Source: Mobula hypostoma (Eukaryota). Taken from it: a stretch of DNA of 64,000 nt. Positions within the stretch are counted from its first letter, which is position 1. Each line of letters opens with the position of its first letter. The DNA is taken from contig NC_086098.1 of the NCBI RefSeq assembly GCF_963921235.1, positions 6,572,001-6,636,000 of the forward strand, given 5' to 3'. The position numbers and the translations under genes are program-made. Shown here one piece after another: positions 49,863-62,234 of this stretch. The notes under the pieces are model-generated. The model saw only the letters and a program-made list of their open reading frames with translations, had not been told where the DNA came from and ran no database searches.

Positions 49863-50470
49863 GGAATCATAGAATCACAGAACACTGTAGCAGAAAAGTA
49901 GGCCATTTGGCCCATCTAGTCCAAGCTGAACTATTACTCTGCCTAGTCCCATTGACCTGCATACCCCTCCCATCCATGCACGTTCCAAAGTTCTCTTAAA
50001 TGTTGAAATTGAACTGCATCCACAACTTCTGATGGAAGTTCATTCCGCACTCTCACCACCCTCTGAGTAAAGAAGTCTCCTCTCATGTTCCCCTTCAATA
50101 TTTTATCTTTCACCCTTAACTCATGACCGAAACTCATGAGGTTTCACCTAACCTCAGTGGAAAAAGTCTGCTTGCATTTATCCTGTCTATGGTACAGCTC
50201 TCATAATGTTGTATACCTCTATCAAATCTCCCCTGGTAATCCTACACTCTAGGGAATAAACTTCGAACCTATGCAGCCTTCCTCCATAACTCAAGCCCTC
50301 AAGCCCTGGAAACATCCTGGTAAATTTTCTCCATACTCTTTCCATCTTATTTACAGCTTTCCTGTAGGTAGGTGACGATAACTACACACAACACTCCAAA
50401 TTAGGCCTCACCAACATCTTATACAATTTCAACATAACATCCCAAGTCCTGTCCTCAATACTTTGATTTA
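49863..50470 (-). mobile_element. CR1 3' fragment
   Basis: ORF 49943-50137 GHELRVK..FFTQRVV, CR1 tail. Confidence 0.85.
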
Positions 50471-51479
50471 AGATTATTAAAGCTATACAAAACTAACCGC
50501 ACGTCACTGTTTAGAATGAGGGCTGCTATCTCAAATGGAGCAGCTGTGGCTGAGATCAGATGAGAAGTGCATCCAGCTGTCAGCTCAAATCATCACTGTT
50601 GCCCTCTTAAGTCTGGACATCATTAGCTAAAGATCAGCACGACCTGCCCATTCATTATCTCGAGCATCTAAGAACGTGGACTGAATTGGCTCTAATTCTT
50701 GCAGCTTATCGAATACTTTAACTGGATACTTTTGAATTTTCACATACCCGAAGGCACACACTCAGCTTCTGGGATGACTTCTTCCCCTCTGCCATCGGAT
50801 TTCTGAATGGACATTGAAGCCACAAACGCTGCCTCACTACTCTTTTACTTCTGTTTTTCTACTACTTATTTAAATTAGTGGCATCTGCACCGGACTTCGA
50901 GACGAGTTCGAATCCAGCTGGCTCCCTGCATGCTTTATCTGTGCTGTATATAAATATACACACACTTACAGTAATTCACGTTTTATTCTATTATTATGTA
51001 GCTTTGTTGCTGCTGTTGTTCCGTTCCACGCAGCAACCTTGTTCGTATCTTTTGCATTTGTCTGTTTTTTACGGGACTAAGCTTCTAGCTTGATGCTCAA
51101 CCCAGCACAGATGGGAAAGAGCTGGCTGGATTTAAGCCCAGGACCCAGTCCGGTGTGGATGCCACTACGCCACTGCCCAGCTAACTGCATTGTGTTACTG
51201 CCATAAAGACAACAGATTTCACCACATATGCCAGTGATATTAAACCTGATACTGATACTGCCTGTGATCCCAATGATTCTATAAAGATGTAACCAAGATC
51301 CACACAGTAGCGTAGGGGTTAACCTTACCAGACTCGAGTTCAATTCTCACAGCTGCCTATAGGGAGATTGTACGTTTTCCCTGTGACTGTATGAGCTTCT
51401 TTGTTTCCTCTCGTGATCCAAAGACATACAGTACAGGTTGATACTGGTCACGTGGGGCTGCTACCTCTTACCTCCAGAA

Positions 51480-52285
51480 GAAGACAGCGCCAGCAAACAA
51501 TACAGCCAAAGGCGACGTCCTCCAGACAGTTCACAGAACTACTTCTTTCACTTCTTTTACGTCTTTATTTTCTTTCAAATGTGGTTCTGCTACAGTTGGA
51601 GCCTGTGATTTACATTTTGGTGGTGTGTTTTCGGGCCGATTGAGCGATCTGTTGCTTTGCTGTTTCCAAGGGTGTTCTGTGAGGCTTTGAGCGAAATGTG
51701 TGGCCTCGAGGTCAAGAAGCCTGGAGATGGGGATTCTTGCCGATTAGAGCACCGAGGAAGATAGGAATCCTCATGTTGCATGCGGAAGGCGAATGGATGT
51801 TCAGTGCTGTTTGTGAGCCTCTCACTCACTGCTCCCGGGGGAAGGTCCCAGTGTTCGAATGATCTCTCTCTCCCTTGACCTTATCGGATGATGGTGCCGG
51901 AGCTCTGGGTCTTGGGCAAGGTTTAATTGGCACAGTCTGTGGATTGGACTCTGTAGCTCAGCTTATGATGTGGCTCTGGTTTCTGGTCACTCCTTTATCT
52001 ATTACTGTTTTGGGAGGTTTTCAGTCGGGGCAGCCTGCAGATAGCAAACACTGAGCTGAAGTGAATATGCCTGGACTCCTTCCATTTTGTGTTTTATATT
52101 CTGTGCTTTTTGCTCTTTTTCTCGTTTGCTGTTTGTGCGATTTTTTTTGCGCGTGGAGTGTGATTTTGATGTTTTTTTTCAGTGGGTTGGTTCCCTGGTT
52201 TTCTTTGTTTCATGACTGTCTGTGGCGGAGACAAATCTCAGGGTTGTATACTGCACAGGAAATGTACTTTGAATCTTTGATTTTT
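51480..52285 (+). mobile_element. Non-autonomous retroelement with a Rex1-like 3' tail
   Basis: AATCTCAGGGTTGTATACTGC..GTACTTTGAATCTTTGA tail, related to 30210-30900. The 5' boundary is approximate. Confidence 0.6.
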
Positions 52286-53283
52286 GATACCTCGTTGATT
52301 CTCTAAATAAATAAAAATGGACATGATTGATTCATTACAAACAAGAGAAAATCTACAGCTGGGAATCCAAGCAACACACACAAAATGCTGGAGGAACTCA
52401 GCAGGCCAGGCAGCATCTATGGAAAAGAGTACAGTCGACGTATCAGGCCGAGACCCTTCGGCAGGACTGGAATAAAAAAGAAGAGGAGTAGAATTGAAAG
52501 GTGTGGGAGGGGAGAAAGAAACACAAGGTAATAGGTGAAACTGGAAGGGGGAGGGGTGAAGTAAAGAGCTGGGAAGTTGATTCGTGAAAGAGTTACAAAG
52601 CTGGAGAAGGGGGAATCTAATAGAAGAGGACCTATTATTTGGAGAGACATAATCTGATTAGGGATAGTCAGCATGGCTTTGTCAAAGGCAGGTCATACCT
52701 TACGAACCTGATTGAATTCTTTGAGTATGTAACAAAACACATTGATGAAGGTAAAGCAGTGGATGTAGTGTATATGGATTTTAGTAAGGCATATGATAAG
52801 GTTCCCTGTGTGAGGCTCATTCAAAAAGTAATGAAGCATGGGATCCAGGGGAACATTGCTTTGTGGATCTAGAATTGGCTTGCCCACAGAAGGCAGAGAG
52901 TGGTTGTAGATCGGTCATATTCTGCATGGAGGTCAGTGACCAGTGGTGTTCTGCAGGGATCTGTTCTGGGACCCCTCCTCTTTGTGATTTTTATAAATGA
53001 CTTGGATGAGGAAGTAGAAGGGTGGGTTAGTATGTTCGCTGATGACACAAAAGTTTGGAGTGTAGTGGATAGTCTGGAGGGTTGTCAGAGGTTACAGAGG
53101 GACATCGATAGGATGCAGAACTGGGCCGAGAATTGGCAGATAAGTGTGAGGTGGTTCATTACATTAGGTCAAACTTGAAGACAGAATATAATATAAATGA
53201 TAAAACTCTTGGCAGTGTAGAGGATCAGTGAGATCTTGGGGTCCACCTCCATAGGACACTCAAAGCTGCTGCGCAGGTTGACT

Positions 53284-53530
53284 TTAAAAACGCAAACAAC
53301 AGGAATTCTGCAGATGCTGGAAATTCAAGCAACACACATCAAAGTTGCTGGTGAACACAGCAGGCCAGGCAGCATCTCTAGGAAGAGGTAATTGACGTTT
53401 CAGACCGAGACCCTTCGTCAGGACTAACAGTCGACGTCCTGACGAAGGGTCTCAGCCTGAAACGTCGACTGTACCTCTTCCTAGAGATGCTGCCTGGCCT
53501 GCTGCGTTCACCAGCAACTTTGATGTGTGT
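53284..53530. mobile_element. Penelope pseudo-LTR fold-back insertion with two opposed hammerhead motifs
   Basis: About 95-bp inverted arms, perfect 14-bp TSD TGCGCAGGTTGACT (53270-53283 / 53531-53544). Confidence 0.92.
53436..53469 (+). ncRNA. Putative minimal type I hammerhead ribozyme
   Basis: GTC-CTGACGA-AGGGTCTCAGCCT-GAAAC-GTC-GAC. The CUGANGA, GAAA and GUC core is intact; predicted cleavage is after 53466. Confidence 0.7.
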
Positions 53531-54103
53531 TGCGCAGGTTGACTGTGTGGTTAAGAAGTTATACGGTGTATTGGCCTTCATCAGCCATGGGACTGAGTTC
53601 AAAACCCATGAGGTAATGATACAGCTATATAAGACCTTAGTTAGACCCCACATGGAGTACTGTAGGATGTTGGTACTATAGAAAGGGTGCATGAGAGATT
53701 TACAAGGATGTTGCCTGGATTGGGGAGCATGCCTTATGAGAATAGGTTGAGTGAACCTGGCCTTTTCTCCTTGGAGCGATGGAGGATGAGAGGTGACCTG
53801 ATAGAGGTGTATATGATGATGAGAGGCATTGATCGTGTGGATAGTCAGAGGCTTTTTCCCAGGGCTGAAATGGCGAACATGAGGGGACATAGTTTTAAGG
53901 TGGTTGGAAGTAGGTACAAGGGAGATGTCAGAAGTAAGTTTCTCACACAGGGAGTAGTGGGTGTGTGGAATGCACTACCAATGAAAGTGGTAGAGGTGGA
54001 TACAATAGGGTGTTTTAAGAGACTCTTAGATAGGTACATGGAGCTTAAAAGAATAGAGAGTTATATGGTAGGGAAATTCCAGGCAGTTTCTAGAGTAGCT
54101 TAC

Positions 54104-54612
54104 TGACTGGTATGGGAGGTGGGGGGGGCCATGGCACAGGGTCCAAAGAAGCTGCAAATGGTTATAAATTTACTCGGCTCCAACTTGAGTACTAGCCTAC
54201 AAAGTACCTTTGACATCTTCAAAGAGTTGTGTCTCAGAAAGTTAGCGTCCATTATTAAGGACCTCCAGCACCCAGGGCATACCCTTTTCTCACTGTTACC
54301 ACCAGGTAGGAGGTATAGAAGCCTGAAGGCACACACTCCGCGATTCAGGAAAAGCTTCTTCCCCTCTGCCATCCGATTCCTAAATGGACATTGAACCCTT
54401 GGACACTACCTCACTTTTTTAATGTATATTATTTCTGTTTTGTATGACTTTTAATCTATTCAATATACATATACTGTAATTTATTTATTTATTATTACTG
54501 TTGTTATTTTATTTATTTCTTCTCTTCTTCTATATTGTGTGTTGCATTGAACTGCTGGTGCTAAGTTCACAAATTTCACGACACACGCCAGTGATAATAT
54601 ACCTGATTCTGA
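54104..54612 (+). mobile_element. Rex1/Babar 3' fragment nested in the CR1 3' UTR
   Basis: ORF 54119 SIIKDLQHPGHTLFSLLPPGRRYRSL..FFPSAIRFLN, (CTGATT) tail. Confidence 0.9.
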
Positions 54613-56135
54613 TGGTCAGCATAACATTGGGGGGCCAAAGGGCTCATAATGTGCTCTAGATTTCTGAGTTTCTAAGATTATAAGACAGAAGGCCATGGAA
54701 GAAAGAAAAGTTGGGGGACGGGGGAAGAGGAGGCAATGGGCAGTCAAGGAGATAGGGTGAGACAGGGAAAGGGGATGGGGAATGGTGAATGGGGAAGGGG
54801 CCATTACCAGAAGTCTGAGAAAATGATGGTCATGCCATCATGTCGGAGGCTACCCAGATGGAACAAGGTGTTGTTCCTCCAACCTGAGTGTGGCCTCATC
54901 ACAACGGTAGAATAGGCCGTGGTTAGACATATCAGAATGGAAATGGGAAGTGGAATTACAATGGGTGGCCACTGGGAGGTCCTGCTATTTCTGGTAGATG
55001 GAGCAGAGGTGCTCGGTGAAGTGGTCTCCCAATCTACAACAGGTCTCAGTGATATGCAGAATTGATTCATCTGTAGCTGCTGCATTCTCTTGAATAACTT
55101 TCTCAACTCAACAGTCGGTCTATTACCTCATCTGTTTATGTCCAGGCTCTTTTAAGCCTGGAGATGAATCTTGTTGTCCGCAGCAATGATAATAAAGCTC
55201 CATCTAAGACATATAATTTTCCGATGCAGAAATGCCTTGCTGTGAAGGCACATATTGTAAGCAAAAATTCCTGTGTCATTGTGTGATTAGAAATGATAAT
55301 ATACAGTGGACAGAGAGTGAATAGTATCTTCCAAAGAGGATAAATGTGAAACAGAAGGTACCCATTAGGTTGATCATTGAAGAAGAGTATTGACTGGTCA
55401 AGAATCCTGATGCATTATTCATTGACTTTAGGAATCAGTGAACTGATGTTTTCAAGACTGAGTTGTCGTTGAATCATTAATAAAAGGAACCAGAACAATG
55501 GAACTGAAATGCTGATCATCTGAAATCTAATTGACTACTAGGACAAGGACTGAATGTCCTCTTCTTTTCTCTGAAATGTTATGGGTCCCCACAGAGGAAG
55601 TAATTGACTGGAAGTTAAGCTGTAAAAGAAGCAATCTGAACTGTTTTCCATTGGCAGCCGAGAAACAGCACGGCCGGGTGTGGAAGGAGAACTATTTTGG
55701 TCCTCCATTTGTTTTAGCCAATCAGCTGAAATGAGTCATAAAGATACTTCTTGTATCAAAGTCGAGTCAAAGTCAAATTTATTAACAAGGTTTCTAAGTG
55801 CTATTGATGTTATCTGATCTGCAGAATGACGTTCCCTCTATTTTTTACAGCAGCACCGATGAACCATTGCTCTGAGTAGGAAATTTTTACACAGCCTGAA
55901 AACGCAGGGCACTTTAAACAGCATCAGTCTTCAGCAGGACGGCAGTTTATTAACAACTTCCATTCTGTGTTTATTGTTACAATTTGTAATAGTGCTATAA
56001 ATTGAAACACTGACAATGTAAATACGATGAAGCCCTAAAATGTTTCAAAGTAAAAGTTGTGATACATTTATTATTTATAAAATTTATGGATTATATTCAT
56101 CATCACATAATTAATTACAAAGTATTTCACAATTA

Positions 56136-57667
56136 CAGTGTCTATGAAAAGTATTCACACCCCTTGAAAGTTTTCATGTTTTATTGTTTAACAAAATTGA
56201 ATCACAGTGGATTTAATTAGGTTTTTTTAACACAAAGTAATTGCATAATTACTCACCCCTTTCAATTCAGTATTTAGTAGATGCACCTTTGGCAGCAATT
56301 ATGACCTTGAGTCTGTGTGGATAGGTCTCTATCAGCTTTGCACATCTGGACACTGCAATTTTTCCCTATTCTTTTTCACAAAACAGCTCAAGCTCTGTCA
56401 GGTTCCATGCGGTTCGCGAGTGAATAGCCTTTTCAAGTTCAGCCACAAATTCTCAATTGAATTGAGGTCTGGACTCTGATATGGCCACTCCAAGACATTA
56501 ACTTTGCTGTTTTTAAGCTATTCCTGTGTAGCTTTGGCTTTATGCTTGGGGTCATTGTCTTGCTGGAAAACAAATCTTCTCCCAAGTTTCAGTTCTCTTG
56601 CAGACTGCGTCAAGTTTTTCTCCAAGATTTCCCTGTATTTGGCTGAATTCATTTTACCCTCTACCTTCACAAGCCTTCCAGGGCCTGCTGCAGTGAAGCA
56701 TCCCCACAGCATGATGTAGCCACCACCATGCTTCACGGTAGGGATGATATGTTTTTGATTATGTGCGGTGTTACGCCAAACATATCGTTTAGTCTGATGG
56801 CCAAAAAGCTTGATTTTGGTTTCATCAGACCATAGAACCTTCTTCCAGCTGACTTCAGAGTCTCCCACATGCCTTCTGGCAAACTCTAGCTGAGATTTCA
56901 TGGGAGTTTTTTTCAACAGTGGCTTTCTCTTTGCCACTCTTCCATAAAGCTGCGACTGGTGAAGTACCCGGGCAACAGTTGTTGTGTGTGCAGTCTCTCC
57001 CATCTCAGCCACTGAAGCTCGTAACTCCTCCAGAATTTTCAGAGGTTTCTTGGTGGTCTCCATCACAAGTCCCCTTTTTGCACAGTCACTCAGTTTTTGA
57101 GGACGGCCTGCTCTAGCTAGATTTTCGGCTGTGCCATATCCTTTCTTGATGATTGACTTAACTGTACACCAAGGGGTATTCAGTGATTTGGAAATTTTCT
57201 TGTATCCATCTCCTGGCTTGTGCTTTTCAATAAACTTTTTGCAGAGTTAATTGGAGCATTCTTTTGACTTCATGGTGCAGTTTTTGCCAGGATACTGAAT
57301 CATCAGCAGTTGGACCAGTGTCCTTTTACTACAATCAATTTAAATGCATTGACTGCGCACAAGTCTCCAAAAACAGATCTCTGTGTAACTAACTATGTGA
57401 TTTCTAAAACCAACTGTCTGCAGCAGTAATGATTTGATGTGTCATATTAAAGGGAGTGAATACTTATGCAATCAATTATTTTCTGTTTTATAATTGTAAC
57501 TAATTTAGATCACTTTGTAGAGATCTGTTTTCACTTTGACATGAAAGAGTCTCTTTCTATTGATCAATGTCAAAAAGCCAAATTTGTCCACTGTGATTCA
57601 ATGTTTTAAAATAATAAAACATGAAAATTTCCGGGAGGGGGGGGATGAATACTTTTTATATGCACTG
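56136..57667 (-). mobile_element. Tc1-family DNA transposon, near full length
   Basis: TA-CAGTG ... CACTG-TA. ORF 56518-57066 [28 protein letters not shown]. Same family as 24772 and 33778. Confidence 0.96.
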
Positions 57668-57767
57668 TATATTAACATACATTTCAAAATTATATTAGCA
57701 GAATTTCACAATTATATTAAAACTATATAAAAGAAAATTTCATATGGACGGTGACTGGGAGCAACTG

Positions 57768-58663
57768 GGACACAACAATTGTAGGCTGTATCTCGGATAA
57801 TGATGAGTTTGAGTACAGAGAGGAAATTAAGAACCTGGTGGCATGGTGCAAAGACAATAACCTATCCCTCAACGTCAGCAAGACGAAGGAATTGGTTGTT
57901 GACTTCAGAAGGAGTAGCGGACCACACGACCCAATTTACATCGGTGGTGCGCAAGTGGAACAGGTCAAAAGCTTTAAGTTCGTCGGGGTCAATATCACAA
58001 ATAACCTGACTTGGTCCAACCAAGCAGAGCTCACTGCCAAGAAGGCCCACCAGCGCCTTTACTTCCTGAGAAAACTAAAGAAATTTGGCCTGTCCCCTAA
58101 AACCCTCACTAATTTTTATAGATGCACCGTAGAAAGCATTCTTCTAGGGTGCGTCACAACCTGGTATGGAAGTTGTCCTGTCCAAGACCGGAAGAAGCTG
58201 CAGAAGATCGTGAACACAGCCCAGTACATCACACAAACCAATCTTCCGTCCTTGGACTCACTTTACACCGCACGCTGTCGGAGCAGTGCTGCCAGGATAA
58301 TCAAGGACATGATCCACCCAGCCAACACACTTTTCATCCCTCTTCCCTCCGGGAGAAGGCTCAGGAGCTTGAAGACTCGTACGGCCAGATTGGGAACAGC
58401 TTCTTTCCAACTGTGATAAGACTGCTGAACGGATCCTGACCTGGATCTGGGCCACACCCTCCAAATATCTGGACCCGCCTCTCGGTTTTGTTTGCACTGC
58501 CTTACTTTCCATTTTTCTATTTTCTATTTACGATTTATAATTTAAATTTTTAATATTTACTATCGATTTGTAATCCAGGGAGTGGGAAGCGCAGAATCAA
58601 ATATCGCTATGATGATTGTATGTTCTAGTATCAATTATTTGGCGACAATAAAGTATAAAGTAT
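57768..58663 (+). mobile_element. Rex1/Babar LINE 3' fragment
   Basis: ORF 57751-58416 DTTIVGCI..LNVSKTKELVVDFRR..KKAHQRLYFLRKL..LPSGRRLRS, (AAAGTAT)n tail. Confidence 0.95.
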
Positions 58664-58734
58664 CAATTACTTCTCGGCCATGCATTCATGCTGCTTAGAG
58701 GGAACAGTGACTATTGAGTTCATGTATGTTACCA

Positions 58735-58929
58735 TATCAACACACGAAAATGCTGGAGGAACTCAACAGGTCAGGCGCACCTATGGAGGAGAATAAACAG
58801 TAAACATTTCGGGCCAAGACTCTTTGTCAGTGCATTGGCCCGATATGACGACTGTTTATTTCTGTCCACAGATGCTGTGCGTTGTGTGCGTTGCTCTAGA
58901 TTTCCAACAAATGCAGAATCTCTTGTATT
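58735..58929. mobile_element. Degenerate Penelope pseudo-LTR fold-back insertion
   Basis: Opposed arms, 10-bp TSD TATGTTACCA (58725-58734 / 58930-58939). Confidence 0.8.
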
Positions 58930-59308
58930 TATGTTACCACGTGCTACCTTGAGAAACGTTTTTCACAGGCATTTACAGGAAAATAAAGACATATGATAGA
59001 ATTTGTGAAAAACTATACTAAAGGTTGACAAACAGCCAATGTGCAATCGAAGCCAAACTGTGCAAAAAAAGAACAATGAATATGAGGTGTAGAGCCCTTG
59101 AAAGTGGGTCTGCAGGTTGTGGAATTGGTTCAAAGTTAAGGTGAATGAAGTTATCCACACAGGTTCACCATTTTGTAAGGTGTCTACACGTCCTCCCCGT
59201 GTAATGCATGGGTTTTGTCTGAGCCTTCTGGTTTCTTCCCACAGTCCAAAGAGATACCACATAGGTTAATTGGTGATTGTAAATTGTCCCATGAATAGGT
59301 TAGTGTTA

Positions 59309-60156
59309 CACCAACCCGCACAAAATGCTGGTGGAACACAGCAGGCCAGACAGCATCTATAGGAAGAGGTACGGTTGACGTTTCGGGCCGAGACCCTTTT
59401 TCAGGACTAACTGAAGGAAGAGTTAGTAAAAGATTTGAAAGTGGGAGGGGGAGGGGGAGATCCAAAATGATAGGAGAAGACAGGATGGGGAGGGATGGAG
59501 CCAAGAGCTGGACAGGTGATTGGCAAAGGGGATATGAGAGGATCATGGGACAGGAGGAGAGGAGCACCAGAGGAAGATGGAGAGCAGGCAAGGAGTTATA
59601 GTGAGAGGGACAGAGAGAGAAAAAGGAGACAGAGAAAAAACAGGGGGATAAATAATAATAATAAATAAATAACGGATGGGGTACGAGGGGGAGGTGTGGC
59701 ATTGACGGAAGTTAGAGAAGTCAATGTTCATGCCATCAGGTTGGTTCTTACCCCATCCCTTATTTATTTATTATTAGTATTTTTCCCCTGGTTCTTTCTC
59801 TCTCTCTTTTTTCTCCCTCTGTCCCTCTCACTTTAACTCCTTGCCTGCTTTCCATCTTCTTCTGGTGCTCCTCTCTTCCCATCCCATGATCCTCTCATAT
59901 CCCTCTTGCCAATCACCTGTTCAGCTCTTGGCTCCATTCCTCCCCCTCCTGTCTTCTCCTATCGTTTTGGATCTGCCCCTCCCCCTCCCACTTTCAAATC
60001 TCTTACTAGCTCTTCTTTCAGTTAGTTCTGACGAAAGGTCTCGGCCTGAAACGTCGACTGTACCTCTTCCTAGAGATGCTGCCTGGCCTGCTGCGTTCAC
60101 CAGCATTTTTTGCGTGTGTTGCTTGAATTTCCAGCATGTGCAGATTTCCTCATGTT
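59309..60156. mobile_element. Large Penelope fold-back (arms about 375 bp) with two opposed hammerhead motifs
   Basis: Minus arm about 59311-59743, plus arm about 59744-60156, TSD TAGGkTAGTGTTA (59296-59308 / 60157-60169). The end of the endonuclease ORF (PDGMNIDFS) is at about 59700-59743. Confidence 0.9.
60023..60060 (+). ncRNA. Putative minimal type I hammerhead ribozyme
   Basis: TAGTT-CTGACGA-A-AGGT-CTCG-GCCT-GAAAC-GTC-GACTG. Stems I and II pair fully when G-U is allowed; predicted cleavage is after 60055. Confidence 0.75.
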
Positions 60157-60249
60157 TAGGGTAGTGTTAATGGGGTTTGGCAGGGACTGCTGGGTGGCCT
60201 GGATCAAATGCCACATCCACGCTGTATTACTAAATAAATATATGGGGGT

Positions 60250-60672
60250 ACACCCTCCGAGGACCCGAATCTTGTCGTGGTTTGAAGGCTTGCGTGCCTC
60301 AATGAGCCAGAGAGCTATGTTGGCTGGAATAGGGCTCTGTGCTTTGGTTCTTGATAGGATCACCCATGCCAAATGGGTTAAAGTGTAGAGGATAGACCAA
60401 GAGTGGGTCACTGGTCCTCCAGGTTTGGGAGTTCAGCTCAGAGCCAGCAACCCTGACTGGTAAATCAAAATTTTAAGGAAACAGTAATGAAGAATCCTTT
60501 TACATCTGAGTGCGATGGAATTCCTGAATCTCCAGCCGGAAATTGCATGACTGACAGTAGTGAAAACCGACTGGAAGCTACTGACATGATGAAGGAAGCT
60601 CTGAACACCATCAGAGACGGAGGACTTTCATTGCTGCCTTAAATACCAGTGGCACAATGGACAGTAAGTAAG
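60250..60672 (+). mobile_element. Interspersed non-coding repeat, probably RTE-derived
   Basis: Colinear with 41460-41862, (AGTA)n tail. Confidence 0.65.
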
Positions 60673-61824
60673 ACGTAATACAAGTATAAGTACTTTAATA
60701 ATATATTCACATTGACTTTTGATGTTGAAAATTCAACTTACAATGATGAGATTTATCTCCCATGTGCCTGGGCTTCAGAAGGGAAGCTAGTACTGCCAAG
60801 GATTTTGTCAGCTTCCATCTGCCTCTGATCTATGCCCACACTGTAAGACCAAATACTTGTGTGAAGCTTTATGATGCTCAGTTCCACCTCATTGACAGAG
60901 CTGTGGTGTCTAACAGGTCAAGTATGGAAAACCGAAAGTTAGGTCAGGTGCAGTGCTGTTCAAATGGAGATTGGAAACAGATGATTACTTTCTGTTTTCA
61001 TTGACTCTTTTGGAGGGCAGTGCTTGGAAGCTAGCAGAGAACTGTCCATCTCCGCTAAGTCTCAATAAATGTCTGCTTATGGTCAAGAAATTCTCGATCC
61101 AGCCGTTCCCTTGGTGGTCTCTTTAAAATGCCATAATTGCCTTGGAAACGGGTAAAGAGCCGTAGCTAAATCTCCAAAGTTGTGTATTTAAGAATACCAA
61201 ATGCTCATCTGTGCAGCTGCCTTTTTAGATTAGACCCACAGTCATTTTAGCAGAATGCTTTTTGTAAATCCATGGACCACACAGGGTGTTTGGAACTCAG
61301 TGTGGAATACTAAACAGAGGCATGAGATCAGAGTACAGTTAAGCTTGAGATGTTTGATATCTCAGAAAGGAGAGATCTATAAATAAGGATGAGAAAAAAT
61401 TATTTGTGTACACTAGGTCAAACAATGCAATAGGTTATGATTCAAAGAAAGAACTCTGGCATTTTGTAAAGACAATAATATTATTGGTACAGTGCCAACC
61501 AGTGAGAGACACAATGTAGGCACAGAGAAGCTGAGAAAAGGTTAATGAATCTGTGTACCTCTGGATGATGGCTTGATAATTGGAGCTAGCACACAAATTC
61601 ATTACATTCAATCAAGCCAAAAGGAAAGACAGGTTCTTTTTAGTGTACTGGAGATCACATTAGGTGTTGGGTGTGTGGTGTGACACACTCCACTGATCAG
61701 AGAACAGGAAGCAGACTGCAGTTAATTCCGCACAGCTGTAGCAACAGGAAAGTGATACCCTAGCTGGTAAAAACAGGACTAAAATCTAGAACATTACTGG
61801 AAATGAGAGCCTACTAAATCAAAA

Positions 61825-62068
61825 GGTCTCACTTGGAGTATTGTGGGCAGTTTTGAGCCCCTTATCTAAGAAAGGATGTGCTGAAACTGGAGAGGGTTCA
61901 AAGGAGGTTCAACGAAAATGATTCCGGGATTAAGAGGCTTGTCATATGATGAGCATTTGATGGCTCTGGAGCTTAGCTCACTGGAATTCAGAAGAGTGAG
62001 GGGAGACCTCATTGAAACCTATCGAATGGTGAAAGGCCTCGATAGACTGGATGTGGAGAGAATGTTTC
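61825..62068 (+). mobile_element. CR1 ORF2 fragment
   Basis: MIPGLRGLSYDEHL..SLEFRRVRGDLIETY. Confidence 0.85.
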
Positions 62069-62234
62069 TGCACCTTTTTCCAATCCTGTGCCGTGACCCC
62101 TCCATGCCAGATGGCGATGCAACAGTTAAAATTCTCTCTCTGGTACAACTGTAGAAAATTGTGGGTGTCTCTGGTGGCATACCAATTCTCCGCACATTTT
62201 GTGTTAACAAATAATTATTGTACTTCCAGCAATA

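Larger units (their letters stand above)
52633..54681 (+). mobile_element. Decayed CR1 (RT to 3' end) carrying two insertions
   Basis: ORFs 52639, 52900 (MFADDTK) and 53687 are CR1 ORF2. Confidence 0.92.
52337..55060 (-). mobile_element. Penelope-like element 3' part (52337-52632 plus 54682-55060) split by CR1
   Basis: Both parts align consecutively to 32123-32770. GIY-YIG remnant at 54804-55060, hammerhead-like motif at 52432-52469. Confidence 0.85.
59165..60240 (+). mobile_element. V-SINE (59165-59308 plus 60170-60240) split by a Penelope fold-back
   Basis: V-domain before the insertion and (AAAT)n tail after it. Confidence 0.75.

Noticed and set aside
50877..51180. Inverted repeat suggesting a MITE
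   Set aside because: Better explained as two degenerate SINE heads in opposite orientation within a Rex1 3' UTR.
56518..57066. Active Tc1 transposase CDS
   Set aside because: The reading frame is broken upstream and downstream of this segment, and all three family copies are decayed.
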